Positions 7,601 through 16,687 of a stretch of 60,741 nt of DNA are shown one piece after another. Source of the DNA: a virus. Lineage: Duplodnaviria > Caudoviricetes. Positions within the stretch are counted from its first letter, which is position 1, and the number at the start of each line of letters is the position of its first letter. Where the stretch lies: the IMG/VR virus record IMGVR_UViG_3300019093_001482, positions 1 to 60,741 of that record; one strand, given 5' to 3'. The position numbers and the translations under genes were made by a program. A model generated the notes under the pieces. That model saw nothing but the letters and a program-made list of their open reading frames with translations, was not told the origin of the DNA and ran no database searches.

Positions 7601-10429
7601 ATCCTCAGGTAGTTCCTGATTCAACTTATCCTTAAAGCCTGCCCAAAGCGCCTTTCGTGCGCCACGAATTGTTTCGCCGAAGTCCTCTATTCGGGATTCC
7701 GATTTCCCATCATCGTCGGGTTCATCCGTGCTGGTCTTTTCCTCCTGGCTGGCCTTGGCCTCAGTTGATCCCTCAGCAGCCTGGGCGCTTGGAAACTGTT
7801 TGACAGCTTCCAGCAAATCCTTGATAGGTGCATCGAGTCGGATAACATTGACATCTTCGCCCAGCTCTTTCTGGGCCAGCCATTGATGGTGCCCATCCAA
7901 GACATGCCCATCCGATGACACCAGAATGGAGCGGCTCCCGCCTTCATAGTTCTTGGCAGCCTCTACTTTCGCCGGGGAATACTCCATTGGTGTCGGTTTC
8001 AGGCTGTCGGCCTTCACAGTTTCCTGCTTGCTCTCTATATCCCTGCCCTTAAAGAAATTCACCATGGCGCCACGATGCTCTGCCTTGATCTGCGGCATTT
8101 CTGCACGTGGAATATTCAGGGTGCCGGAGTCCTCGCCGAATGCATGCCATTCTTTGCTTTTTGTTTCTGCCTGAACTGGCGTAGAGGTTTTTGCTTCCTC
8201 TGGCACTACTGGGGTCGGCTCAACTGTTCTTGCATCAGGTCTGACTACATAACCACCGGGAACAGATACCACGGTACCGCCCTGTTTTTTTTGCTCATCT
8301 TTTGCGGCAATTTTGGTTTTGAACGGAAAACCTTTAGGGTGCTGAATATCGCCAGGCAGAACACCAGGTGCAGCGCTGGGAGCTGGCGTTTCGTTCTTTG
8401 CCAGCATCTTGGTGGCATGCTTCAATTCGGCAGAATTGAGATTGAATCGCTTGCCAGTTGGGCTAACCAGTGCCTTGCCAGCCAGCTTATAGCCGTCTTT
8501 GATGGCCTGATTGACCTTGGTGAAATTGTTCTTACCAACAGGTGTCACTGGTGCGGATTTCTCAGGCACCAGGGTTTCCACTTCCATTTCGTTGGGGGTG
8601 CCTAAGGGTGTAGCGGCATTGATTGCAGAGTCAATTGCTGCGTGATCGGCATCTGTAACCGTAGTATCTCTATACCCTTCCCTCTGCAATGCCTCTGCAA
8701 ATGCGGCTTTTTTCCCTTCCATGGGGATAGAGGCATCGTTGACAACACTGTCAATAATCGCTTGCCGGGCTTCAGCGGCACGCTGCACATCACTTGCTTG
8801 CGTGCGCTCGTCCACTTGGCGCAACTGCTCTTCAAAGCTTGGCTCTTGAGCTTCCGGCACCGAGACCTGGCTTTTTGCGCGCTCCTCGGCAAGTAGTTGC
8901 TCCATTTGAGCATGTTCGCCAAACCCTGTCGGGGCTGACATGCTTTGGCGCGCAGCCAGCAATTCGGATGGATCTTCCTGCTGTTGACGCAATTGCAGAG
9001 CAAAGCCGTCATCCATGGGCACCACGTCATAGATATCACCAAGCTGCTTGTTTTTCAGTTCAGCAGCAAATCTTGTCATGAATGGCAGGCCGTTGCCATT
9101 TACCAGGTGTTCTTCTGCGGGCGCTGCCTCAGTCTGATTTGTATCAACCTCAGGATTCGTATTTGCTGCTGTGGTGGGCGCTTGCCTTGCCAACAAGTCT
9201 GCAATGCTCTGTGGCGCATCATCTGCAGGCTCTACATGAAACGCATCCCTGGGTTGTGTCAATTCCCTTATCAATGAAGGGTTTTCACCCCTGGCAGCCT
9301 GAATCACCGCATCCATGCCCGTGTATGGTTGGTTACGCAAACCTGCATTTGCCGCCCGTGTCAGCGCGCCAGACTCTGGCAGCAATGGCGCATCAGTTGC
9401 GGCATCAGCAGTACCAGGCTGGCCATTTTCGGCTTGACGTGGTGTGCTGTGGCGCTGAAACCCGCCCATGATGCCGCCCATCGCCGCACCAGTGACCAGA
9501 CCAGACCCGCCTGCAGCAGCAACGCCCTTCATACGATCCGGTTCACCCATCGCAATGTTCGTGAAATACTGTTCTTGTGCAGATTGCGGCATTTCTTCAA
9601 GCACGCCTTCGGAAAACGCTGCTTTACCGATACGACTGGGAATTGAACCTGTCATACCAGCGGCTCTGGAACCAGTTGCCAGTTGAGTTGCGGCATCGCC
9701 CATCAGTTTGCCAGCACCAAAGGCCAGCAGTCCTGTTCCGGCACCAGCAGCCAAGGAAGGCAACGCGTAATCGCTATAGCTACGCCCTGCAGCCTGGGCA
9801 TTGTCAGCAATGTGCCCACCACCTTGCGCGCCTTCCGATGCAGCACCTGTTGCGATCAAGCGACCACTGGCCGCCTCGACTGCAGACTGAGCAGCAGTTG
9901 AGCCAGCCTGTGTGCTCAGTGCAGCCTTCGCAGCTTCCGCGCCAGTCCTGCCTGCGTTGATAGCAGCAGCGTGGGCAGCGGCCCCCTCCGCAGTTCCCAT
10001 GGCCGCACGCAATGCAATTTTGCTGGCAAGAGCACTGGTAATACCCATACTAGTTGCCATTGCGGGAAGGGATTGTGTAATGCTGCCCGACAGTGCGCGC
10101 GGATTCTTGATCAGTTCTACTGCTGAATCAACGAAACCATCAACCGCTGCAACCTTGGCTTCTGCGGCTTTTTGGTCATCACTCAGATACTCGCCGAGCA
10201 TTTGGTTTGTACGCACTGGATCAAAGCCTGTTGCCCGCATGGCCTTGCCGAATTCGCCGCCAGTAGCCAGGCTGCCCAAACCAACGACGCCAGCACCTAC
10301 GTCAACAATACCCTGGCCAAGCTTTATCCCCATGTCCCCAAGCGTGCGACCAACCCCTGCGCCTGCCTCTTTTGGTTTTTCGGCTTCAGGTTGAACGTAT
10401 GAGAATTGCAAGTCACTTATCTTTGACAT
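4679..10429 (-). CDS. N-terminal part of large polyvalent protein (ParB-like, LPD5/LPD1, zincin-like domains)
   Basis: ILVSSDGHVLDGHHQW (ParB-like), IEDFGETIRGARK, FGFRGVQFGNYV…AHEWFHALDNYF (LPD1/zincin), LFHEVLGHAGL. Confidence 0.8.
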   Translation of the reverse strand: MSKISDLQFSYVQPEAEKPKEAGAGVGRTLGDMGIKLGQGIVDVGAGVVGLGSLATGGEFGKAMRATGFDPVRTNQMLGEYLSDDQKAAEAKVAAVDGFVDSAVELIKNPRALSGSITQSLPAMATSMGITSALASKIALRAAMGTAEGAAAHAAAINAGRTGAEAAKAALSTQAGSTAAQSAVEAASGRLIATGAASEGAQGGGHIADNAQAAGRSYSDYALPSLAAGAGTGLLAFGAGKLMGDAATQLATGSRAAGMTGSIPSRIGKAAFSEGVLEEMPQSAQEQYFTNIAMGEPDRMKGVAAAGGSGLVTGAAMGGIMGGFQRHSTPRQAENGQPGTADAATDAPLLPESGALTRAANAGLRNQPYTGMDAVIQAARGENPSLIRELTQPRDAFHVEPADDAPQSIADLLARQAPTTAANTNPEVDTNQTEAAPAEEHLVNGNGLPFMTRFAAELKNKQLGDIYDVVPMDDGFALQLRQQQEDPSELLAARQSMSAPTGFGEHAQMEQLLAEERAKSQVSVPEAQEPSFEEQLRQVDERTQASDVQRAAEARQAIIDSVVNDASIPMEGKKAAFAEALQREGYRDTTVTDADHAAIDSAINAATPLGTPNEMEVETLVPEKSAPVTPVGKNNFTKVNQAIKDGYKLAGKALVSPTGKRFNLNSAELKHATKMLAKNETPAPSAAPGVLPGDIQHPKGFPFKTKIAAKDEQKKQGGTVVSVPGGYVVRPDARTVEPTPVVPEEAKTSTPVQAETKSKEWHAFGEDSGTLNIPRAEMPQIKAEHRGAMVNFFKGRDIESKQETVKADSLKPTPMEYSPAKVEAAKNYEGGSRSILVSSDGHVLDGHHQWLAQKELGEDVNVIRLDAPIKDLLEAVKQFPSAQAAEGSTEAKASQEEKTSTDEPDDDGKSESRIEDFGETIRGARKALWAGFKDKLNQELPEDVKDITLSKYFPEPEYEAMISQGADVRILAAIKAMRDEIPAKPRMPHKVRRWAETVIELRAFAQDLVSGKHDVGTVIQQLKTQKTGAFLKFANRIQMYVDLGYPIFKRASDFSIAGRSYSIFQGKTYSPEIEKYEVTESARTRGYFDSYTDALDALRTKLEATESKSQLVQLDLYRLTDGSIVIGKRVAANKFVDLKAGFTDVSSARKYLAENHEDLIKQLEEKKRAQPERRSVNSPRIGIDRRKGEDVSPDKFAATFGFRGVQFGNYVEQKRRVTDLNNAYDALQDLAEIINIPDRAVSLNGELGLAFGARGKGGVTPAAAHYEPAQIVINLTKSNGAGSLAHEWFHALDNYFARARGEPGAMVTEKPKVKMVYGPNRTVVADESVRPEVLAAFSGVMKAIDGSGLKSRSIEMDKTRSKDYWSEPFEMAARSFESYIIDKAAEHGHANDYLANIVGEEAHTARNTSPDGAMAKGRPFLYPTKAEQTTINAAFDRLFATLKTKPTDKGIALYRRGGFFGRFSEGIEKSELDTDVANIAKNWGNAPKINSVQSVEDLPFEAPDDARGAFHNGQAWLVADNLQNTQEAQFVLFHEVLGHAGLRGAFGEDLALALRSIGMKNRKIAEAAAKWRKENADIKGNRSDDAFLTISIEEVLADMAGTGREINGLEKLLAKLQSVLRAIGLDKVANWLENATIAEALQMLALAREHIELGAKSHVFGDVEARALSRTTPPTLEELLASNPEEITIEAPIVSKEEIERASSVFLSAFPEGTTRHIPNSPTVRKAKRYSDAATKDLGGAGSGNPAVEREVAQALGPFSGYSTKGRLTENFYGNEQLVIDIFGREQIEAGLDDHPALTIEVQSDGDFSIYAPPSDSTTYKEFVKRGWAEPATGKNKEIQYFAGSDGPFWTRLTGSKPSDIIPLLGDIHARTLAWTGQPYVGLSWQRMTGASGGGRWPQGCSSVFSLWERHFCRST

Positions 10430-10435
10430 AGTCTA

Positions 10436-12247
10436 TTACTTCCTTAATAGTCCGTTTTCAATGGCAAATCTTTTATCAAGTTCACTTAACCTTGAGTTCG
10501 ACTCAATGCGCGCCCGAATATCGTCAATGCGGCTTTGCTTGCCCTCTTTCCAGAAGTTGTCTTCACTCTCTTTGAGTTTTGTCCCTAAGGTTGAAGCAAT
10601 GGACTTAGCGCCCTGAATCAGCTTGTCTGTGCCAGTTTCGCCGCTATATTCCGATGCGCGGGGGACCACAAATGCTTTAGTCGGCTGCGCGGCTGCAGGT
10701 TTTGTCGGATTGGATTGCACAGTTGCTACAGGTGGCGGCTCAAAGCCCATTGCCTTTAACTGCTCTGGAGTCATGTTTTTCTTAATGGCATCCTGGTACA
10801 GACCAGCATATTCAGAGCTGCCCTTGGCTCTACCCAATTCTGTTTTAACTACTCCCTCCAGTACTGAGTTGTTCTTGAACGTCGTAAAACTCCCTACAAT
10901 CTTTTGTACGAGCGCCGGGGCGTCTTCAACCTTCAGAGTGCCAGCCTTCACGGCTTCAGTCGCAAGTGATTCTGCAAGCTTCATATGGTCTTCGACCTTT
11001 TCACCCAAGCCAGCAGCTTTCAATAGCAACTTTTTCCGTTCCTCTGGGGCGAATGGCGTACCAAGGGCTTTTTCAATAAAATCCACTTGCCCTTCAGGGC
11101 TTTGACGTTTGTAGGATTCTGCTTCTCTTTGATCTTTTTTCTGAGCGAGAGCCAATTGACCATAGGAAATGCCCTCGTGTGCTTTATGTGAGCGCACTTG
11201 CTCTTTGAAAGTATTAGTTTTGTATTCCCGCTCAAACGCATTTGCTTCCGCCTGCAAATCCAACGCCATTGCTTCTTTGGCTGATAGCACTGTCTTTTCC
11301 AATTCATCAGTACTCATCTTCATTGGCACGATCGTCCCATCCTCTTTAAGGATGTTGAAAGTTGCGACATTCGTACGCTTGATCGTGCCATCTGGAGATT
11401 TAATTTCTGTTGGTGCAATCTGAAGACCAGGAGCGATCTTGTATTTTCCAGACTTATTAAAGGCAGTCTCCATACCGAGCGCATCACCAGCACGTAAGGC
11501 TTTCGCGGCATCGGCGGTCCCTTCTTCGATGATCTGGCGACCCCAATTGTGTTTGGCGACCTTCATCTGGAAGTCTTGGACTAATGCCTGCTTGGCATTC
11601 GCCTCAATACGCATTGCCCCCTCATGATCGCCATTGGCGCGCATGGCCTGGGCAATACGGGCATTCCGTGCATCTGGTGAGTTAAAAGATTCAGCAGCAG
11701 TCTTGGCCGTCGCGCTATCGGCATACTCTTTGCCTTGAAACATGGGCTTGCCCAAAGGTGCCATAGTCACGCCCTGCTGCGTGGCTATTGGCTGGGCTTG
11801 GCTACCTGTTGGGGTGGCTGATTCGCGCGGAACGATTCCTTCAGACACGGCCATGGGAACGACATTCGAGCCGGTGGCTGTAGAACGAGCTGCGGCGGGT
11901 TGTGAAATACCTTGTGTTGCGGCAAATCCACCCGGAGCCTGGCGCAACATACGGTTGCCCTCTCTGACATCCGCAGCGGCCAGGTCTTTATCTTGATAGG
12001 TTGCAGGCTTTGCTGCCAAACCAGAAACAACCTGTGCATCCTCAACGACTTCGCCGCCATCTTTGGCAGCGTCCGCAATGTCCTTGCGTTTTTTTTCGTT
12101 CAGATCCCATTCAGATTTCGCCCTGTCGGCCTCATCCAAACGGATCTGATCAAACTTTTCCTGTCTGGCTTTGTCTTCTTGACGCCTACCCTCACTCAAA
12201 TAACCAGAACCCAGTCCAGCCAAAAAAGCCAATGCACCTTTGCTCAT
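10436..12247 (-). CDS. Putative internal virion / DNA ejection protein
   Basis: Ala/Gln-rich helical protein with an N-terminal AFLAGLGSGY segment; located just before the polyvalent protein; ATG at 12247 preferred to TTG at 12253. Confidence 0.55.
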   Translation of the reverse strand: MSKGALAFLAGLGSGYLSEGRRQEDKARQEKFDQIRLDEADRAKSEWDLNEKKRKDIADAAKDGGEVVEDAQVVSGLAAKPATYQDKDLAAADVREGNRMLRQAPGGFAATQGISQPAAARSTATGSNVVPMAVSEGIVPRESATPTGSQAQPIATQQGVTMAPLGKPMFQGKEYADSATAKTAAESFNSPDARNARIAQAMRANGDHEGAMRIEANAKQALVQDFQMKVAKHNWGRQIIEEGTADAAKALRAGDALGMETAFNKSGKYKIAPGLQIAPTEIKSPDGTIKRTNVATFNILKEDGTIVPMKMSTDELEKTVLSAKEAMALDLQAEANAFEREYKTNTFKEQVRSHKAHEGISYGQLALAQKKDQREAESYKRQSPEGQVDFIEKALGTPFAPEERKKLLLKAAGLGEKVEDHMKLAESLATEAVKAGTLKVEDAPALVQKIVGSFTTFKNNSVLEGVVKTELGRAKGSSEYAGLYQDAIKKNMTPEQLKAMGFEPPPVATVQSNPTKPAAAQPTKAFVVPRASEYSGETGTDKLIQGAKSIASTLGTKLKESEDNFWKEGKQSRIDDIRARIESNSRLSELDKRFAIENGLLRK

Positions 12248-12363
12248 TTGCAATCCTTGCGCCGCGTGGCCCAGCGGGTGCTGGAACTTTGCTCTACACA
12301 GCGGCTAATCTGCAAATGGTGCGGGTTTTAGTGTCTGTTTTCTACTAGGGTCAAAACGCAAGG

Positions 12364-13479
12364 CTACTTCGATTTGCGATAACCTATCCCCTGGCTGGCG
12401 GCTATTGAGTCCACTTTTTTGCTCAATGCCTGGATGGCAGCCATTGCCGTGCCGTTCATACTGACCAAATCAATCTGCTTACCGCCAGGAGCTGCTTTTT
12501 CGCCCATATTCTTTTGGACATCCTGCGCCATAGGCCCAATATGACGCATGCCATGGTCTGCGGCAAAGCTGCTCCCCTTGTACTGCCATTCAGACACTGG
12601 CGTTTTTTCTATTGCTTCCAGAGCCTGGTCAGGGTCAACTTGTTCAACATTTTCCTTCTGATTTTTGTCAGAAACGCCAAATAGCTTGCCAGCAGCAAAT
12701 GCCTGTCCAGCAAAATTGCCAACTGCACCCATGACTCCCGAATTGTCGCCGGCCTTTTGCTGTATGCCAGCAATATTGGTATAGGTATTGGCAGCACCAG
12801 CGAGACCTTGCTGGGCACCAGCATAGCCAGAGTTCATCATTTGCGCACCCTGGTTCGCAACAGACAACCCTACCTGGCCATTCGCTACTGCAGAGTTACC
12901 CTGGTTCAGCGCTACTCCAGCAGAGGTTGCCTGGTTGCTGGCAAGATTGCGGCCCAAGTTGGCTGCATCCATCTTGCGGGCATAACCGAGTGTTTGAACT
13001 TTATCCCGAGCCCCAGTGATACCTTGGACTGTCGCCAGCGCTTTTTGCGCATCCAGTTGTTGCTGGCCTGCGGCAAACGCGCCTGACGCCGGATTGACTC
13101 CCATGCGCTGCATATTGCGCGAAGTCGCATCCCGCGCAGCGCCAAAAGCCTGATTGACGTCCGATACCGCCTTAGCAGCTTCAGCGTCACGCCTCTCCTT
13201 GGTATCGTAGTTCTCGGCTTCCTTGACAATGCCGGTTTCTAACGGGCGGAACACCTTGGACTGATAATCCGAGTAGTCCTTGGTCAACTTGGACTGCAGA
13301 TCCATCGCTTCAAGCTGCTTGTCTGAGACATAATTCGCTCGATCAGTAGCCGCTTTACGGTCTGGAGCTGTCTCGGCATAGATCTGCTTCATCCAGTCAA
13401 GCTGCTCTTTACTCAGATTCGCTTGCTGCAATGCGGCCGCATTGGCTCCGCTCATGTCTGGGGCGTCAGAGGAACACAT
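12364..13479 (-). CDS. Putative ejection/pilot protein with C-terminal peptidase S74 chaperone domain
   Basis: SDKNQKENV…WQYK…HIGPMAQDV resembles S74; Ala/Gly/Asn-rich body. Confidence 0.7.
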   Translation of the reverse strand: MCSSDAPDMSGANAAALQQANLSKEQLDWMKQIYAETAPDRKAATDRANYVSDKQLEAMDLQSKLTKDYSDYQSKVFRPLETGIVKEAENYDTKERRDAEAAKAVSDVNQAFGAARDATSRNMQRMGVNPASGAFAAGQQQLDAQKALATVQGITGARDKVQTLGYARKMDAANLGRNLASNQATSAGVALNQGNSAVANGQVGLSVANQGAQMMNSGYAGAQQGLAGAANTYTNIAGIQQKAGDNSGVMGAVGNFAGQAFAAGKLFGVSDKNQKENVEQVDPDQALEAIEKTPVSEWQYKGSSFAADHGMRHIGPMAQDVQKNMGEKAAPGGKQIDLVSMNGTAMAAIQALSKKVDSIAASQGIGYRKSK

Positions 13480-13480
13480 A

Positions 13481-14077
13481 TTAAATTACCTTTGCAAATT
13501 TAATGGCAACCGGCTTATAGCCAAGATACCGCGCCATCGAATCGGCGCTGTTGATGGTCTTTGAGTCGAAATAGATTTCACGCACACCAATGGCTATGCA
13601 CCAGCGTTCAACGTACTGCCACAAGCGGACGGCCAAGAACCCGCCTCGATGTTCTGGCACCAGGTAAAAAGTGTCCTCGGTGCAGATCAGTGTCTGGGTG
13701 TGAATGCTTTGTGAGAGATATACCCGCATGTTGCCGACAAGCTCCCCAGTGAGCGCCACTCTGGCAGTGAACTGTAATAGACCGCCTTGGTGCTCGCGAT
13801 CAAGAACGGCGTCATAGTCTGGGTTCAGTGGAATGCTTGCGCGGTGCAGCTCGGTTTCGAGGTAGTGACGTTCATGCAGCAAATGCAGCTCTGGCAAGAT
13901 GTCGCGGACCAGTTCAGCCTGGATGAGGTATTTGCCGTACCTTTGGGGCGGGAACTGCTTTGTGTCTGGAGTTTTATCGTGGCTGTCGCAAAGTTCGCGT
14001 GCGATTGCGACCGCGACCTCTGGGGTAAGTGGCTTACCTATGTGCTGCGCAAGAGCAATGGCTATCTGTTTTCTCAT
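13481..14077 (-). CDS. GNAT-family acetyltransferase (virion module)
   Basis: EDTFYLVPEHRGG acetyl-CoA motif and YLGYK; typical position before ejection proteins. Confidence 0.75.
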   Translation of the reverse strand: MRKQIAIALAQHIGKPLTPEVAVAIARELCDSHDKTPDTKQFPPQRYGKYLIQAELVRDILPELHLLHERHYLETELHRASIPLNPDYDAVLDREHQGGLLQFTARVALTGELVGNMRVYLSQSIHTQTLICTEDTFYLVPEHRGGFLAVRLWQYVERWCIAIGVREIYFDSKTINSADSMARYLGYKPVAIKFAKVI

Positions 14078-14145
14078 GCAGATAGACTACGTCGCAAAAT
14101 GTGAAGCGGCAAGCAGGGTACCGTTTCACACTTAATATGAGATGC

Positions 14146-16560
14146 CTAGCGGTTCATTTTGATTAAAGCGCTTTCGTATCGTTCCTGCAGTAGCCTTACC
14201 TCTTCAGCGAGTCGCGTATCGTGAGCATTTTTGTCAACGTAGGCTTGCAATTCTATTAATTTATTATGAGCGAGTTTAGGCTGTGCTGGTTTTGATTTCA
14301 AATATGACCATACCCTCTGTACTGAGCATCTCGGCCATGCTATACCCAATTGCTCGGCCCTTGATACTGAAATTTCACATGCTCGTATATCACCAAGTCT
14401 TGCCTCAATGATCCCCTGGGTCAACCAAACTTCTCCTTTATCCTGCAAAAATTCTACAGCCTTTCTTGCTTTATGCAATGCAGCCTCATAATCACGTAAG
14501 TCATGAAAGAGGAAGTAGGCATACCTATCCCATAGCCATCCATTTGTACTATCAGACATTGAAGCAGACTCAAACAACTCTTTACATTTTTTAAAATCTC
14601 CTTTGTAGCGAGCAGTGTGAGCTGCTTTAGCCTCTGGCGTTCGAAATGCCGCTGCCAAACGATCTCCTGTGAAAACTTTCGCTGTTCTCATAAAACTGGC
14701 GTACTCACTTCGCGCTTTGGCCACTTCGACGTCAGAAGGGCTACTTCTTCCATCAGGAAGTGTGACCGTTTTATCACCAGCATAATCGAGAAAATTTTTG
14801 GAAAACGTAACTTGCATGTTGCCACCTGAATTGATTAAAGTAGCAATTCCCCCTGTTTCCTTCAATGCAACTTCGGCTTCCTGAACTGTTAGTTCAACTA
14901 TATTGCAACATATCTTCAATGATCGCTCGTCGTGTACATCCTTTACGCTAGCCATTAAGAGCAGTAGCCGTTTCACACGTACATTGAGTCTTGCCCATGC
15001 GTCAGCAAACAGAAACCTCCCAAGATCCCTGTTCAAAAGATTACCAATTTTGTTCGCTGCTTGATCGAGTTTTTTGATGGCTGGATCCAAGAAAGCATTC
15101 ACGAATGCTTCGAGTACAATTGGTCTCTTTTCAAGTTTCTTTAGAGCACTTTTTATGTCAGCTTCGGAGGCATTTAGTAAAACTCTGATTTGAAGTTTAC
15201 TGGCCCTGTCTCGCAAGAAGTCTAATGCCTCATCATCGCTGAAGACGTCAATTCCAATTGGGCGGGCTTCAATTTCTTCATAACGTCTGGAAGTCAAAAT
15301 TATCCGAGCGATTCGACTGGATATTACTCTTAATTCCTTAGCAAGCATTCTCCGCTCGCTGTCGTCTTCGATAAGCGTCTCAGCATTATCAATTACAACT
15401 AATATATCCTGCTTATTAACTCTTAAATCTTCCCTTATTTTCTGCTGAAGGAGTTGGACTGCCGCATTGAGCTCGTAAGTATAATATGCGTCTGGTGGTT
15501 CTTCATTGAAGAGCAAGCTGTAGATACATCTCAGCATCTCCAATAAATGTGGTTGACCATGACCTACTGTTTGTAGCCCATCTAATCCCCATTGCGTACG
15601 TTTAGCCGTGTAAAACATTATTATTGTGGGATGTGATTCGGTAACCAGCTCCTCTTCTAAAACACGGTTAAGAAACTCTAGAGCCAGTGTAGTTTTCCCG
15701 AGTCCACCATCTCCGTGAATAAGGCAGGCTCTCGATTCGCTGTCATTAATCCAATCAACCAATTCGGAGATTTGCTGTTCACGCCCCGTAAAAGAGTCTG
15801 TAGTTCTATCAGGCAAAAAGTAAAAAGGCTCCCAGCTATTTGGATAAATAGATAATGATGGAACGGTGCCAGCAGGGATGAACTTAAATGGATTTTTCGT
15901 ATCGAAGGTGAATTCCCTCTTTTCCTCCCCCCCCGTATCAATTTGACCAATTACACGAACAACGTCTCCCGGAAGAATTTTTACTCTTCGAATCAGTCCA
16001 GGAGTACCGCCGACTACGTAAACAACATTGACCATCACCCTGTAGGCGCCACTGCCGATATAGGCCTTACCATTATCCAGCTTGGGGATAACATTCGCTA
16101 ATCCTTCAACGATTAATTTCAGCGCATCGAGCTCAGCTTCGTTATCGTACCCACCGATCAGTCCATGGCCCTCGGCACCATCGTTTCGCAAACATACGAT
16201 CGCTCTCAAAAGTCCGCGAAAATCCTTTGAAAAACCATTGCATAGTTTTCGTGCTGGCCGATCATCTAAAGTTTTACTAAGCACACGCGCAACACCAGAC
16301 CATCCATTTTTTTCGGCCAAAATCAACAACGCTTCGACAGCATCAACAAGTGAGCCATCAACAGGAGCCTTAAGCCCCTCAACGATACTCCGCTCTGGGT
16401 ACTTCTCAGGTCCTGGCTTCTGAAATACAATCCACTCCAACAATCCATATGCAACCTGTTGCATTAAGAGCCTGAAACACGCAACAAATTTCACTCTTCG
16501 TTCAATTTTAGAAGTACAGTCGCTTATTTCTTGAATCTGCTTGTCAAGGTACGTTTGCAT
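14146..16560 (-). CDS. STAND/NB-ARC NTPase with N-terminal HEPN-like region and C-terminal TPRs; candidate defence moron
   Basis: FTGREQQI, Walker A GDGGLGKT, Walker B ILVVIDNAE, sensor IILTSRR, TPR-like C-terminus, RNDGAEGH motif; AT-rich relative to neighbours; track start 16602 is also possible. Confidence 0.8.
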   Translation of the reverse strand: MQTYLDKQIQEISDCTSKIERRVKFVACFRLLMQQVAYGLLEWIVFQKPGPEKYPERSIVEGLKAPVDGSLVDAVEALLILAEKNGWSGVARVLSKTLDDRPARKLCNGFSKDFRGLLRAIVCLRNDGAEGHGLIGGYDNEAELDALKLIVEGLANVIPKLDNGKAYIGSGAYRVMVNVVYVVGGTPGLIRRVKILPGDVVRVIGQIDTGGEEKREFTFDTKNPFKFIPAGTVPSLSIYPNSWEPFYFLPDRTTDSFTGREQQISELVDWINDSESRACLIHGDGGLGKTTLALEFLNRVLEEELVTESHPTIIMFYTAKRTQWGLDGLQTVGHGQPHLLEMLRCIYSLLFNEEPPDAYYTYELNAAVQLLQQKIREDLRVNKQDILVVIDNAETLIEDDSERRMLAKELRVISSRIARIILTSRRYEEIEARPIGIDVFSDDEALDFLRDRASKLQIRVLLNASEADIKSALKKLEKRPIVLEAFVNAFLDPAIKKLDQAANKIGNLLNRDLGRFLFADAWARLNVRVKRLLLLMASVKDVHDERSLKICCNIVELTVQEAEVALKETGGIATLINSGGNMQVTFSKNFLDYAGDKTVTLPDGRSSPSDVEVAKARSEYASFMRTAKVFTGDRLAAAFRTPEAKAAHTARYKGDFKKCKELFESASMSDSTNGWLWDRYAYFLFHDLRDYEAALHKARKAVEFLQDKGEVWLTQGIIEARLGDIRACEISVSRAEQLGIAWPRCSVQRVWSYLKSKPAQPKLAHNKLIELQAYVDKNAHDTRLAEEVRLLQERYESALIKMNR

Positions 16561-16687
16561 GTCGAAATCATAGGTTGTTAGAATTAGCATCAACATTAAC
16601 ATAATTGCTACATTTTAACAATTTAATTAAGGAAAATTCACATAGCGATTACACGGCGGCAATCAGAGAATCTACTCGGTTTCGGCT

